A stretch of DNA of 24,000 bases, from positions 22,261 through 46,260 of the forward strand of contig NZ_BAXR01000003.1 of the NCBI RefSeq assembly GCF_001310635.1, given 5' to 3'. The notes below the pieces were generated by a model. That model saw only the letters and a list, made by a program, of their open reading frames with translations. It did no database searches and was not told the DNA's origin. The position numbers were made by a program, and so were the translations under genes. This stretch comes from Bacillus sp. JCM 19034 (lineage in GTDB: Bacteria; Bacillota; Bacilli; Bacillales; Bacillaceae_D). Below are positions 1 through 8,769 of this stretch, one piece after another; position 1 is the stretch's first letter, and every line of letters starts with the position of its first letter.

Positions 1-135
1 GGAAAAAATTCAGTGCAAGCGATGCTTGTTTTTGCTGCCATGAACCTAAAAAAATTAGCCAACTGGCACTGGAGAAACACACATCCTCCAGTGTCACCAA
101 CAGAAAATAGAAGAAATAACGTAAAACGCTTTTGA
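1..135 (+). mobile_element. 3' end of a transposase gene (DDE transposase, probably IS1182-like), truncated by window edge
   Basis: Frame 1 reads GKNSVQAMLVFAAMNLKKLANWHWRNTHPPVSPTENRRNNVKRF*, with the MNLKKLAxW C-terminal signature typical of IS1182-type transposases; stop TGA at 133-135. Confidence 0.7.
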
Positions 136-160
136 GAATCAACTTCTCAAAGGCGTTTTG
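123..160 (+). terminator. Stem-loop at the end of the transposase gene (terminator-like)
   Basis: 15-bp stem aaaacgcttttgaga (123-137) / tctcaaaggcgtttt (145-159) with one G:U pair and a 7-nt loop; overlaps the stop codon. Confidence 0.6.
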
Positions 161-173
161 TCTACGGTCTGAA

Positions 174-410
174 GAGGATGGGACATAACAAAAGTGTTTA
201 GCTGAGAATCCGAACAATTTAAAAACGTAGCGGATGAAATATACGTAGACTCCTGCGGGATGGAAAGTAAAGGTGAGACCCCGCAGTGCGTAGCACGAGG
301 AGCTCGCCAGCTTCCCGCGGAAAGCGAAGTGTATTTCAGGAGCGGTGAATGTGCTCCACCCTGTATTTGTTCGGATTCTCATTTATTAAAATACTTTTTG
401 TCCCAACCTC
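174..410. repeat. Palindromic interspersed repeat (MITE/REP-like element of Bacillaceae)
   Basis: Imperfect outer inverted ends GAGGATGGGACA (from 174) and TGTCCCAACCTC (to 410); perfect 13-bp inner inverted repeat GAGAATCCGAACA (204-216) / TGTTCGGATTCTC (368-380); GC-rich core GTAGACTCCTGCGGG...GAGACCCCGCAG...CCCGCGGAAAGCGAAGTG...TTCAGGAGCGG; no ORF. Confidence 0.75.
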
Positions 411-598
411 TTTGATTTATTGGTTGAAAAGAATGGAAACCAATTTTCCCTTACCTTACCTTCGCAATTGATTTTCATAAATGACGATAAACGTATATGA
501 AAAGATCTGTTTATAAAATCTTTAAAGGGAAGAAATAAGGTTCTTAATTTCACCTTTATCACATAGGTTGTACAAAGTGAGTGTATTGGGGTGGCAGG

Positions 599-880
599 AT
601 GAAAACATGGTTTTTTTCTATTGAGATAGCATTATTAATAATGGTTGGCTTACGAGTGGTATCAGGTTTAATTGAATTAACAGCAGCAATGCTAATGATG
701 CGCTTTAATAGTGTCGAAAAAGCAATTGCAATAAATGCAGCATTAGCAATAATTGGACCAACAGTTTTAGTTCTATCGATTACGATTGGTTTAATTGGGA
801 TGAAAGATCAGCTTTCTTTCATGAAAATTGCATTTATTGCATCAGGCGTATCGCTCATTTTAGTTGGTCTTTCAAAATAA
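599..880 (+). CDS. yqhV: YqhV family small membrane protein (DUF2619-like)
   Basis: ATG at 599 after GGGGTGG; MKTWFFSIEIALLIMVGLRVVSGLIELTAAMLMMRFNSVEKA...; position immediately upstream of spoIIIAA matches B. subtilis yqhV. Confidence 0.8.
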   Translation: MKTWFFSIEIALLIMVGLRVVSGLIELTAAMLMMRFNSVEKAIAINAALAIIGPTVLVLSITIGLIGMKDQLSFMKIAFIASGVSLILVGLSK

Positions 881-896
881 GAAAGGAGGAGAAGAC

Positions 897-1829
897 ATGA
901 TCCACGAAATTCATCCTATTTTACCTGATTCGATAAAACAATTGCTTAAGCAACTGGATCAAACGGTTTTCTCAAAAATAGAAGAAATACGCTTACGAGT
1001 CCATAAACCATTAGAGGTAATTGCAGCTGGGCTTCCTCATTACCCTCGCTATAGAGGTGATGTTTATGTTGTAACACGAGAGGAGGCCAAGTATGTGCTC
1101 AATCAACTAAGTCAATATTCAATTTACGCCTTTGAAGAAGAGCTACGTCGTGGCTTTATAACGATAAAAGGTGGTCATAGGGTTGGTTTGGCGGGGAAAG
1201 TTATTTTAGAAAAAGGTCATGTAAAAACGTTACGAGATATAAGCTCATTTAACATACGGATCGCAAGACAAGCTATTGGTTCAGCAGAGCCTTTAGTATC
1301 AAAGATCTATGAAGGACGCTGGTGTAATACGCTTTTAATCGGACCACCACAAACAGGAAAAACGACACTATTGCGAGATTTAGCACGAATTGTTAGCAAA
1401 GGATTTGATAAGAGAAAAATACCAGCATTAAAGGTTGGGATAGTCGATGAGCGCTCTGAAATTGCAGCAAGCTTACACGGTGTTCCTCAACTAGAGCTAG
1501 GTGCACGTGTTGATGTGTTAGACGGTTGTCCGAAGGCTGAAGGAATGATGATGCTTATACGTTCGATGAGTCCAGATGTTCTCATCGTTGATGAAATTGG
1601 AAGAAAAGAAGATGTGTTAGCCGTTCAAGAGGCACTTCATGCAGGTGTAAAAGTAATGACAACGGCACACGGGTATTCACTAGAAGAGATTGAGAAACGT
1701 CCGTCGTTAAAGCCATTATTTGAAATGAATGCCTTTGAGCGTTGTATAGAATTAACTCGAACCCATAAGCCAGGTGTAATAAGAAGAATTAGAAACCAGG
1801 ATAAGAAAGATTTGGTGACCGTGTCGTGA
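897..1829 (+). CDS. spoIIIAA: Stage III sporulation protein AA (ATPase)
   Basis: Start ATG 897 preceded by GAAAGGAGG; Walker A GPPQTGKTTLLRD and Walker B VLIVDEIG; first gene of the spoIIIA operon. Confidence 0.95.
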   Translation: MIHEIHPILPDSIKQLLKQLDQTVFSKIEEIRLRVHKPLEVIAAGLPHYPRYRGDVYVVTREEAKYVLNQLSQYSIYAFEEELRRGFITIKGGHRVGLAGKVILEKGHVKTLRDISSFNIRIARQAIGSAEPLVSKIYEGRWCNTLLIGPPQTGKTTLLRDLARIVSKGFDKRKIPALKVGIVDERSEIAASLHGVPQLELGARVDVLDGCPKAEGMMMLIRSMSPDVLIVDEIGRKEDVLAVQEALHAGVKVMTTAHGYSLEEIEKRPSLKPLFEMNAFERCIELTRTHKPGVIRRIRNQDKKDLVTVS

Positions 1830-2338
1830 AACTATTAGGTTCTCTGATGATCATTATCGTGACAACGTGGATTGGATTTGAATATGCCAAACGTTTAAGT
1901 GACCGGCCAAAACAATTAAGACAATTAAAGGTTGCCGTTCAATCGTTGGAAGCGGAAATGATGTATGGCCTTACACCTCTAGCAGAAGCTGCAGATCACA
2001 TTGCGAAACAACTTCCGAAGCCGGTAAGCACGCTTTTCCAACGTTTTTCTGAAAAGCTTTTTGAGAAGGAGTGCAGTGCTTTTGAAGCTTGGCAAGCTAG
2101 CATTAAAGATGTATGGAATACAACTGCTCTATTAGATAGTGAGCGTGAAGTGATGCTGCAGTTTGGTTCAACACTTGGCCAACACGACCTTGAGCAACAG
2201 CAAAAGCAAATTCATTTAACATTAGCACATTTGGCAAGAGAGGAACAGGAAGCAAGAGAGAAGCAGCATCGTTATGAAAAGATGGTGAAAAGCTTAGGCT
2301 TCTTAGCTGGGTTATTGGTCGTCATCTTATTGGTGTAA
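1826..2338 (+). CDS. spoIIIAB: Stage III sporulation protein AB
   Basis: GTG start overlapping the spoIIIAA stop (GTGA); 170 aa MKLLGSLMIIIVTTWIGFEYAKRLSDRPKQLRQL... Confidence 0.93.
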   Translation: MKLLGSLMIIIVTTWIGFEYAKRLSDRPKQLRQLKVAVQSLEAEMMYGLTPLAEAADHIAKQLPKPVSTLFQRFSEKLFEKECSAFEAWQASIKDVWNTTALLDSEREVMLQFGSTLGQHDLEQQQKQIHLTLAHLAREEQEAREKQHRYEKMVKSLGFLAGLLVVILLV

Positions 2339-2353
2339 GGAGGAGGAGAGGTT

Positions 2354-2560
2354 GTGATGTATGATGTGAACACCATCTTTCAAATTGCGGGAATTGGCAT
2401 CGTCGTCGCGATGATTCACACGGTCTTAAAGCAGATGGGAAAAGAAGATTGGGCACATTGGGTGACATTAATAGGTTTTGTTGTTGTATTGTATATGGTC
2501 GCAACGATCGTTGATGATTTATTCCAAAAAATTAGAGGCGTGTTTTTGTTTCAAGGGTGA
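2354..2560 (+). CDS. spoIIIAC: Stage III sporulation protein AC
   Basis: 68 aa ...YDVNTIFQIAGIGIVVAMIHTVLKQMGKEDWAHWVTLIGFVVVLYMVATIVDDLFQKIRGVFLFQG; AGGAGGAGAG ribosome binding site. GTG 2354 or ATG 2357 could be the start. Confidence 0.93.
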   Translation: MMYDVNTIFQIAGIGIVVAMIHTVLKQMGKEDWAHWVTLIGFVVVLYMVATIVDDLFQKIRGVFLFQG

Positions 2561-2571
2561 GGTGAGTAGCG

Positions 2572-2960
2572 ATTGATATTATTCAAATTGTTGGGTTAGG
2601 TTTAATCGCAACCTTCCTAGCCTAGTAGTCAAAGAGCAAAAGCCGATGTTTGCCTTTATGCTGACGGTATTTGTAGGTGTATTAATCTTTTTATTTCTTA
2701 TCGATGAGGTTGTCAAAATCATTGATATGCTAGAAGGTATAGCCGAGCGTGCGGATCTCAATATGATGTACTTACAGACGATTTTAAAGATTATTGGGAT
2801 CGCCTATATTGCCGAGTTTGGGGCACAGATTGCAAAAGACGCTGGACAAGCTGCTATAGCTTCTAAAATTGAACTAGCTGGGAAAATCTTGATACTTGTC
2901 CTTGCGATTCCTATTTTAACAGCTGTGATTGAAATGGTGTTGTCATTATTGCCAACCTAA
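2572..2960 (+). pseudogene. spoIIIAD: Stage III sporulation protein AD, frameshifted as sequenced
   Basis: Upstream frame reads IDIIQIVGLGLIATFLA** then continuity moves to the next frame (LVVKEQKPMFAFMLTVFVGV...AYIAEFGAQIAKDAGQAAIASKIELAGKILILVLAIPILTAVIEMVLSLLPT). Restoring one base at ~2619 gives TFLSLVVKEQKP. Confidence 0.85.
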
Positions 2961-2983
2961 AAAGAAGGTTGAGGTGCTCTTTA

Positions 2984-4162
2984 TTGAAGCGAATATTGTT
3001 CATTATACTAGTTGCTCTTTTTTATTTAGTAGTACATCCAATCGTTACGTTCGCTGAAGAAGAAGGAATACAGGAAGAAGGGTTTATTGAACAGCAAGTT
3101 GACAATTTACAATTAGATGAGATAGGGGAATACTGGGAAGAATTATCACGCGATTACGGCGGATTTCTCCCAGAAAGCCAAAAAGGATCACTCATGGAGT
3201 TTATAAGAGGGGACAAGCAATTTTCAATAAAAGAATGGGGAATTGGCTTCATTAAATATTTTCTCCATGAACTACTTGTAAATGGGAAATTGCTAGGATC
3301 GCTCATTCTTTTGACCGTTTTTTGTATGATTCTTCAATCACTGCAAAATGCATTTGAACAACAAACAGTCAGTAAGGTTGCTTATGCCATGACGTATATG
3401 GTGTTAATGATTATTGCCTTAAATAGTTTTCGTGTGGCCATAACGTATGCAACAGAAGCGGTTAATTCGATGATTCATTTTATGATTGCCTTACTTCCAC
3501 TTATGCTGGCGATGATGGCGGCGATTGGAAATATTACAACAGCTGCTCTTTTTCACCCGTTAATCATTTTCCTTGTGAATATAAGCGGTTTGTTAATTCA
3601 AAAAATCGTTTTACCGTTATTGTTTCTATCAGCGGTTTTAAGCATAGTTAGTACCCTTACAAACCATTACAAAGTGTCGAAGCTCGCAACCTTTCTAAGG
3701 AATGTAGCTGTTGGGGCTTTAGGAATATTCTTAACCGTATTTCTTGGTGTTATTTCCGTACAAGGTGCAGCAACAGCGGTTACAGACGGTGTTACAGTTA
3801 GAACTGCGAAGTTTTTAGCTGGAAACCTCGTACCAGTTGTAGGAAGAATGTTCACTGATGCAGCAGATACGGTCATGAGTGCTTCACTATTGCTAAAAAA
3901 TACGGTCGGGTTAGCGGGACTTGCGATTTTGTTAATGTTATGTGCTTTTCCAGCACTAAAAGTCCTTTCACTTGCGATTATTTTTAATTTATCAGCGGCT
4001 ATTTTACAACCGCTCGGAGGTGGACCAATTATTGAATGCTTATCGATCATTGGTAAAGCGGTAATATTTGTATTTGCGGCTTTAGCTGTTGTTTGTTTGA
4101 TGTTCTTTTTAGCTATTACAATCATGATCGCAGCTGGTAATGTGTCATTAATGGTTAGGTGA
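2984..4162 (+). CDS. spoIIIAE: Stage III sporulation protein AE
   Basis: ORF open from 2969; likely TTG start 2984 after GAGGTG (MKRILFIILVALFYLVVHPIVTFAEEE signal/TM), then multi-TM protein of about 390 aa in the spoIIIA operon. Confidence 0.9.
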   Translation: MKRILFIILVALFYLVVHPIVTFAEEEGIQEEGFIEQQVDNLQLDEIGEYWEELSRDYGGFLPESQKGSLMEFIRGDKQFSIKEWGIGFIKYFLHELLVNGKLLGSLILLTVFCMILQSLQNAFEQQTVSKVAYAMTYMVLMIIALNSFRVAITYATEAVNSMIHFMIALLPLMLAMMAAIGNITTAALFHPLIIFLVNISGLLIQKIVLPLLFLSAVLSIVSTLTNHYKVSKLATFLRNVAVGALGIFLTVFLGVISVQGAATAVTDGVTVRTAKFLAGNLVPVVGRMFTDAADTVMSASLLLKNTVGLAGLAILLMLCAFPALKVLSLAIIFNLSAAILQPLGGGPIIECLSIIGKAVIFVFAALAVVCLMFFLAITIMIAAGNVSLMVR

Positions 4163-4174
4163 GGAGGTAAACAT

Positions 4175-4831
4175 GTGGGAAGCTTAACAGGATGGTTGAC
4201 GACGATAATTTTAATTATTTTGTTAGCAACAATTTTAGAGATGATCCTTCCAAATTCACATATGCAACGATATGTGAAGATGGTCGTTGGACTGTTATTA
4301 TTAGTTGCTATGTTGCAGCCGTTGTTGTCGATTTTTACCGAGGATGTGGATGAATGGCTAGTTTCATTATCGATTCAAACGGATGAAACAGAAAAAATCG
4401 TGCATGAAGCAATAAATTTGCAAAAAAAAGAGATAGAGTTGGGACAACGTGCATATATTTCTGAACAGATGGCTGTCCAATTAGAGAATCAAGTAAAAGA
4501 AGGATTAAAAGAAGGATATGATTTGGAATTGGCAAGTGTTGAGGTTGAACTAGTATGGAAAGAAGGTCTTGAAACGATGCACGATGCGATGGAGGCTTTA
4601 GAGAGTATTCATACGTTTGTTTCAAAGGAATTAGAAGAACAGCAAGAGACAGAGGTAGAGATCGTTCAACCTGTTCATATTCAAGTCACACAGACAAATC
4701 ATAAAGAAGACGTAGAAGAAAAAGAGGAAGAGGATCCATTGGAAGAAGTTCAACAATTCCTTGCTCATAATTGGGATGTGCCAGAAGAAAAGATTATTGT
4801 TGCTTGGGAAGGGGGGAAACAAGCAAAGTGA
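4175..4831 (+). CDS. spoIIIAF: Stage III sporulation protein AF
   Basis: GTG start after GAGGAGG; MGSLTGWLTTIILIILLATILEMILPNSHMQRYVKMVVGLLLLVAMLQPLL. Confidence 0.92.
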   Translation: MGSLTGWLTTIILIILLATILEMILPNSHMQRYVKMVVGLLLLVAMLQPLLSIFTEDVDEWLVSLSIQTDETEKIVHEAINLQKKEIELGQRAYISEQMAVQLENQVKEGLKEGYDLELASVEVELVWKEGLETMHDAMEALESIHTFVSKELEEQQETEVEIVQPVHIQVTQTNHKEDVEEKEEEDPLEEVQQFLAHNWDVPEEKIIVAWEGGKQAK

Positions 4832-5498
4832 AACAAAATGAAGAAAAGGATCAAAAATGGCTCCAGTCTTTAATGAAAAAACCTGATAACGGAAAAAAAC
4901 GTCGGCTCCCTCTCCATTATTTGGTCTTGCTTGGTTGTTTAGGTGTTGCCTTATGATTACAGGAAACCTTCTAACCCATCAAGATAATAACGATCAAACT
5001 TTGCCTGTTTATAACGAAGAAAAAGATGAATCGGCTCAGGTTGAGGAAGCGTTTAAAAGGGACAGTTCTCCAGAGCCAAACTCAATGGAAGATTATGAAA
5101 TGCGCTATGAAAATCAACTCAAAGAGTTATTGGAGCAAATGATTGGGTTATCAGATGTTTCCGTCATGGTGAATTTAGCTGAAACGGAACGAGCGATTTA
5201 TGAAAGAGATAGTGTGACGAAAGAACAGCTAACAGATGAAACAGATCGCGAAGGTGGTCAGCGATCTGTAGACGATCGTACGAAAGAGGAGCAAGTTGTC
5301 ATTATTCGAGAAGGTGATAAGGAAGTTCCAATCCTTACTCATAAAGAAAAACCAGAAGTAAAAGGGGTGCTCGTTGTTGCTCATGGAGTAGATAATGCCA
5401 ATACAAAAAGTCAAGTTGTTGAAGCAGTAAGCCGAGTATTAGATGTACCAACACATCGTATTTCTGTAATGCCAAAGAAAACTAAGGAGGGTTCTTAA
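4828..5498 (+). pseudogene. spoIIIAG: Stage III sporulation protein AG, frameshifted as sequenced
   Basis: Overlaps the spoIIIAF stop (GTGA at 4828). First frame VKQNEEKDQKWLQSLMKKPDNGKKRRLPLHYLVLLGCLGVAL* ends at 4956; next frame continues MITGNLLTHQDNN...MEDYEMRYENQLKELLEQMIGLSDVSVMVNL...EVKGVLVVAHGVDNANTKSQVVEAVSRVLDVPTHRISVMPKK. Confidence 0.87.
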
Positions 5499-6145
5499 AT
5501 GGTCTTAAAAAACAAACAGTTTGGTTATTAACGATGCTTAGTCTTATTATTGTCCTATCAGTCTATTATGTTATTCCGTCAGATCCATCGCAAAACGATT
5601 TTGCTTATTCCGATGAGGATCTAGACACGGCCCCAGAAAGTGAAGCAAATGAAACTGATGGTGAAAATATAGAAGAAAGCGAAATTGAAAATAATGATGC
5701 TAATGCTGTTTTAGGTAATATCGCGGATGAACTTGATTTAAATTTTGAAGAAGGAGAATATGGGGAAATATCAACGATTTCATCCAATGAAACGTTTACG
5801 ACGATCCGCATGGAAATGCAAGCAAACCGTGACCGCCTAAAAGAAGAATATACGAAAATTCGGGCATCTGAAGAAGCAACTGCTGAAGAAAAGGCAGAAG
5901 CTCATCAGTTAGAGGCAGATTTGCACCAACTTCAAAATGATGAAGTTGTTTTGGAGCAATTGATTATTGCCAAAGGGTTTGATGATGCACTAGTGTTAGC
6001 AGATCAGGAGCAAGTTCGAGTGCTCGTTCAAGCAGAAGAGCTCACGAGAGAACAGGCAAATGAACTATTACAATTAACTATTTCACAGCTAAGCCTTAAC
6101 TTAGATGAAACAAGTGTTGCTGTTGGACATACAGGTGGCCAATAA
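5499..6145 (+). pseudogene. spoIIIAH: Stage III sporulation protein AH, frameshifted near the N-terminus as sequenced
   Basis: ATG 5499 gives M V L K N K Q F G Y *; one extra A in the 5507-5512 A-run restores MVLKKQTVWLLTMLSLIIVLSVYYVIPSD..., the expected SpoIIIAH N-terminus. Confidence 0.87.
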
Positions 6146-6168
6146 TAAGGTGTTATGATTTAGAAAGG

Positions 6169-6197
6169 CTCTATCTGTTTTTCAGATAGAGTTTTTT
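6169..6197 (+). terminator. Rho-independent terminator after spoIIIAH
   Basis: Perfect 9-bp stem ctctatctg (6169-6177) / cagatagag (6183-6191) followed by six Ts. Confidence 0.9.
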
Positions 6198-6342
6198 CTA
6201 CCATATGAAATAAAGACTTTTGTAACAACATACCACCATACTTAGAAGAAAAACAGATAGCGTTTTTTTTCAAGTAAAGATGACTGTACGATCGTTCTTT
6301 GATATAATACGCAAAGATCATAAAATGAGGAGCGATTATGAA

Positions 6343-6516
6343 ATGGAATGGAATGATTTAACTGAAGGAGCGAAAGCAGTACTTGAGCAAACGCGTAATA
6401 TGAAAAATGACCATATTCAAATTGTAGAGTTTGAAGTTGGCTTTGAGCAACAAATTGAAGATGAGGAAGAAGGTACATATAAAGTATCGATCAAGAGGAA
6501 GATTATCAAAGCTTAA
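6343..6516 (+). CDS. Small hypothetical protein, possibly the 5' part of a split gene
   Basis: MEWNDLTEGAKAVLEQTRNMKNDHIQIVEFEVGFEQQIEDEEEGTYKVSIKRKIIKA; AGGAG at 6328-6332 upstream of ATG 6343. Confidence 0.5.
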   Translation: MEWNDLTEGAKAVLEQTRNMKNDHIQIVEFEVGFEQQIEDEEEGTYKVSIKRKIIKA

Positions 6517-6557
6517 AGCGATATACGCAAGAAAACGAGTATGGCGATAAATATCAT

Positions 6558-6710
6558 ATGGCCCGCAATAAAAATATTGTTAAAATCATCTTATTAGAAG
6601 ACGGAAAGATCCCTGAAAATTTATCTGAGTTTCCAGTATTCCGTCAATATAAGAAAGATTATACTCCTCGTACAGCTGATATCGAGGTAAGCGAGGAAGA
6701 GTCATCTTAA
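6558..6710 (+). CDS. Small hypothetical ORF, possibly the 3' part of the same split gene
   Basis: Open frame KRYTQENEYGDKYHMARNKNIVKIILLEDGKIPENLSEFPVFRQYKKDYTPRTADIEVSEEESS*; first in-frame ATG at 6558 has no clear ribosome binding site. Confidence 0.4.
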   Translation: MARNKNIVKIILLEDGKIPENLSEFPVFRQYKKDYTPRTADIEVSEEESS

Positions 6711-6852
6711 AAAAGCATAAGCAGGATTATACGTCTGTTTTGTCGAATGTAAGTAAAATCAATTTTTAGATGAAATTAATTATTGATAAGACGTAGCAAA
6801 ACTGCTAATAAGCTGTTTTTACGTTTTTCAAATAAAGGAGTGCAAATGTGAA

Positions 6853-7362
6853 ATGTTAACAGTAAATGAATTAAAGGATTTAATTAAAGCATTAGATGAA
6901 TCAAATGTGGATGAGTTGAAATTTGAGCAAGAAGGTTCAAAGCTTGTATTAAGAAAACAAAAAGAGGTTCAAGTAGTTGGACAAGCACCAGTAGCTATTC
7001 AGCAAACGGCTGCTCCAACACCGGTAGTTCCACATGCTTCACCTACACAAGCAGCTCAAGCTCCTCAAACTTCAAAAAGTGAAGGTGAAAAAGTGCAAGT
7101 AACACAAGCAACAAACGACAATTTACATACTATTACATCACCGATGGTTGGAACGTTTTATTCTGCTCCGTCACCTGATTCTGACCCATATGTGTTAAAA
7201 GGTGATCAAGTACAAGCTAATTCTGTAGTATGTATTGTTGAGGCAATGAAATTAATGAATGAAATTGAGGCTGAGGTAAGCGGCAAAATTGTTGAAATTT
7301 TAGCTGAGAATGGGGAGCTTGTTGAATACGGTCAACCATTATTTGTAGTGGAGCCTGCATAA
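6853..7362 (+). CDS. accB: Biotin carboxyl carrier protein of acetyl-CoA carboxylase
   Basis: C-terminal biotinyl domain with [12 protein letters not shown] and SPMVGTFY motifs; Ala/Pro-rich linker; followed by accC. Confidence 0.97.
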   Translation: MLTVNELKDLIKALDESNVDELKFEQEGSKLVLRKQKEVQVVGQAPVAIQQTAAPTPVVPHASPTQAAQAPQTSKSEGEKVQVTQATNDNLHTITSPMVGTFYSAPSPDSDPYVLKGDQVQANSVVCIVEAMKLMNEIEAEVSGKIVEILAENGELVEYGQPLFVVEPA

Positions 7363-7379
7363 AATAGGAGAGAGAGCAC

Positions 7380-8747
7380 ATGATTAAAAAAGTATTAATT
7401 GCTAATAGAGGGGAAATTGCGGTACGAATTATTCGTGCATGCCGCGAAATGAATATTGAAACGGTAGCGGTTTATTCGGAAGCGGATAAAGATTCGTTAC
7501 ATGTCCATTTAGCAGATGAAGCGTATTGCATTGGTCCTACTGCTTCAAATCAGAGCTATTTAAATGTCACAAATATTATGAGTTTGGCAACTTTAACTGA
7601 AGTAGATGCCATCCATCCAGGGTACGGTTTTTTAGCAGAAAATGCTGATTTCGCTGAAATCTGTGCTGCATGTAATATTACATTTATCGGCCCGAGCCCA
7701 AGTGCAATTAGTCAAATGGGAACAAAGGATGTTGCCCGAAAAACAATGGAAAAAGCGGGTGTACCGATTGTTCCTGGTTCAAAAGGAATCGTGGAAACTG
7801 TAGAAGATGGGCTAGAGGTGGCTAATGAAATCGGATTCCCTGTTATTATAAAAGCAACAGCTGGGGGCGGCGGAAAAGGGATACGTGTTGCCCGGACACC
7901 AGAGGAGTTAAAAAAGGGAATGAACATTACCCAACAAGAAGCTGCAACAGCTTTTGGAAACCCAGGCGTTTATATAGAAAAATATATTGAAGATTTTCGC
8001 CATGTTGAAATTCAAGTATTAGCGGATTTACATGGAAATACAATTCACTTAGGTGAACGTGATTGTAGTATTCAACGCCGATTACAAAAGCTTCTAGAAG
8101 AAACACCTTCTCCGGCTATTTCCGAACAGAAAAGACAGGAGATGGGTGAAGCGGCTGTGAATGCTGCTAAGGCAGTTCAGTACGCGGGTGCTGGTACAGT
8201 TGAATTTATTTATGATCATAATAATGGTGATTTCTATTTTATGGAAATGAATACCCGTATCCAAGTAGAACATCCTGTTACAGAAATGGTTACAGGAATT
8301 GATTTAATAAAAGAGCAAATTCGCGTAGCTAGTGGCGAAGAACTTTCCTATAAGCAGGAAGATATTACGTTTTCAGGCTGGTCAATTGAATGCCGTATAA
8401 ACGCTGAAAACCCAGCTAAGAATTTCATGCCAGCACCAGGTCGGATCCAGCAATATTTGGCACCGGGTGGTTTAGGTGTTCGTGTGGATTCCGCTGCTTA
8501 TCCAAATTATATGATAACACCATATTATGATTCGATGATTGCAAAAGTCATTACCCATGGTGCAACTCGAGAAGAAGCAATCGCCAAAATGATTCGTGCT
8601 TTAGAAGAATTTGAAGTAGAAGGACCAGGAGTTGAGACGACCATTCCATTCCATTTACGATTATTGCGTCATGAAACATTTGTTTCAGGCCACTTTAATA
8701 CAAAATTCTTAGAAGAACATGACGTTATGTCGGTTTCACTCGATTAA
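7380..8747 (+). CDS. accC: Acetyl-CoA carboxylase, biotin carboxylase subunit
   Basis: [23 protein letters not shown]..., [12 protein letters not shown]-grasp loop, [16 protein letters not shown]. Confidence 0.98.
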   Translation: MIKKVLIANRGEIAVRIIRACREMNIETVAVYSEADKDSLHVHLADEAYCIGPTASNQSYLNVTNIMSLATLTEVDAIHPGYGFLAENADFAEICAACNITFIGPSPSAISQMGTKDVARKTMEKAGVPIVPGSKGIVETVEDGLEVANEIGFPVIIKATAGGGGKGIRVARTPEELKKGMNITQQEAATAFGNPGVYIEKYIEDFRHVEIQVLADLHGNTIHLGERDCSIQRRLQKLLEETPSPAISEQKRQEMGEAAVNAAKAVQYAGAGTVEFIYDHNNGDFYFMEMNTRIQVEHPVTEMVTGIDLIKEQIRVASGEELSYKQEDITFSGWSIECRINAENPAKNFMPAPGRIQQYLAPGGLGVRVDSAAYPNYMITPYYDSMIAKVITHGATREEAIAKMIRALEEFEVEGPGVETTIPFHLRLLRHETFVSGHFNTKFLEEHDVMSVSLD

Positions 8748-8769
8748 ATACTAAGTAGGAGGGAAGACT

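Noticed and set aside
2322-2761. Minus-strand ORFs 2322..2504 and 2579..2761
   Set aside because: Antisense to spoIIIAC and spoIIIAD, with no homology signal or ribosome binding site.
3667-4822. Minus-strand ORFs 3667..4125, 4335..4625 and 4631..4822
   Set aside because: Shadow ORFs of spoIIIAE and spoIIIAF, whose + strand products are clearly recognised.
4771-4827. Upstream extension MGCARRKDYCCLGRGETSK of the spoIIIAG ORF
   Set aside because: Lies out of frame inside the spoIIIAF coding sequence; GTG at 4828 overlapping the spoIIIAF stop is the natural start.
5505-5513. Programmed -1 frameshifting as the primary explanation of the spoIIIAH break
   Set aside because: The heptamer A AAA AAC is present, but I see no obvious downstream stimulatory pseudoknot, and the other broken genes show the same 1-nt deletion signature without slippery sites.
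5229-5811. Minus-strand ORFs 5229..5414 and 5605..5811
   Set aside because: Shadow ORFs opposite spoIIIAG and spoIIIAH; Ser-rich composition arises from Glu/Asp/Asn-rich sense codons.
6242-6478. Minus-strand 78-aa ORF near the spoIIIAH terminator
   Set aside because: Low-complexity composition (QSQLQTLQFEYG..., ending RYLFFF); antisense to the better-supported + strand small gene.
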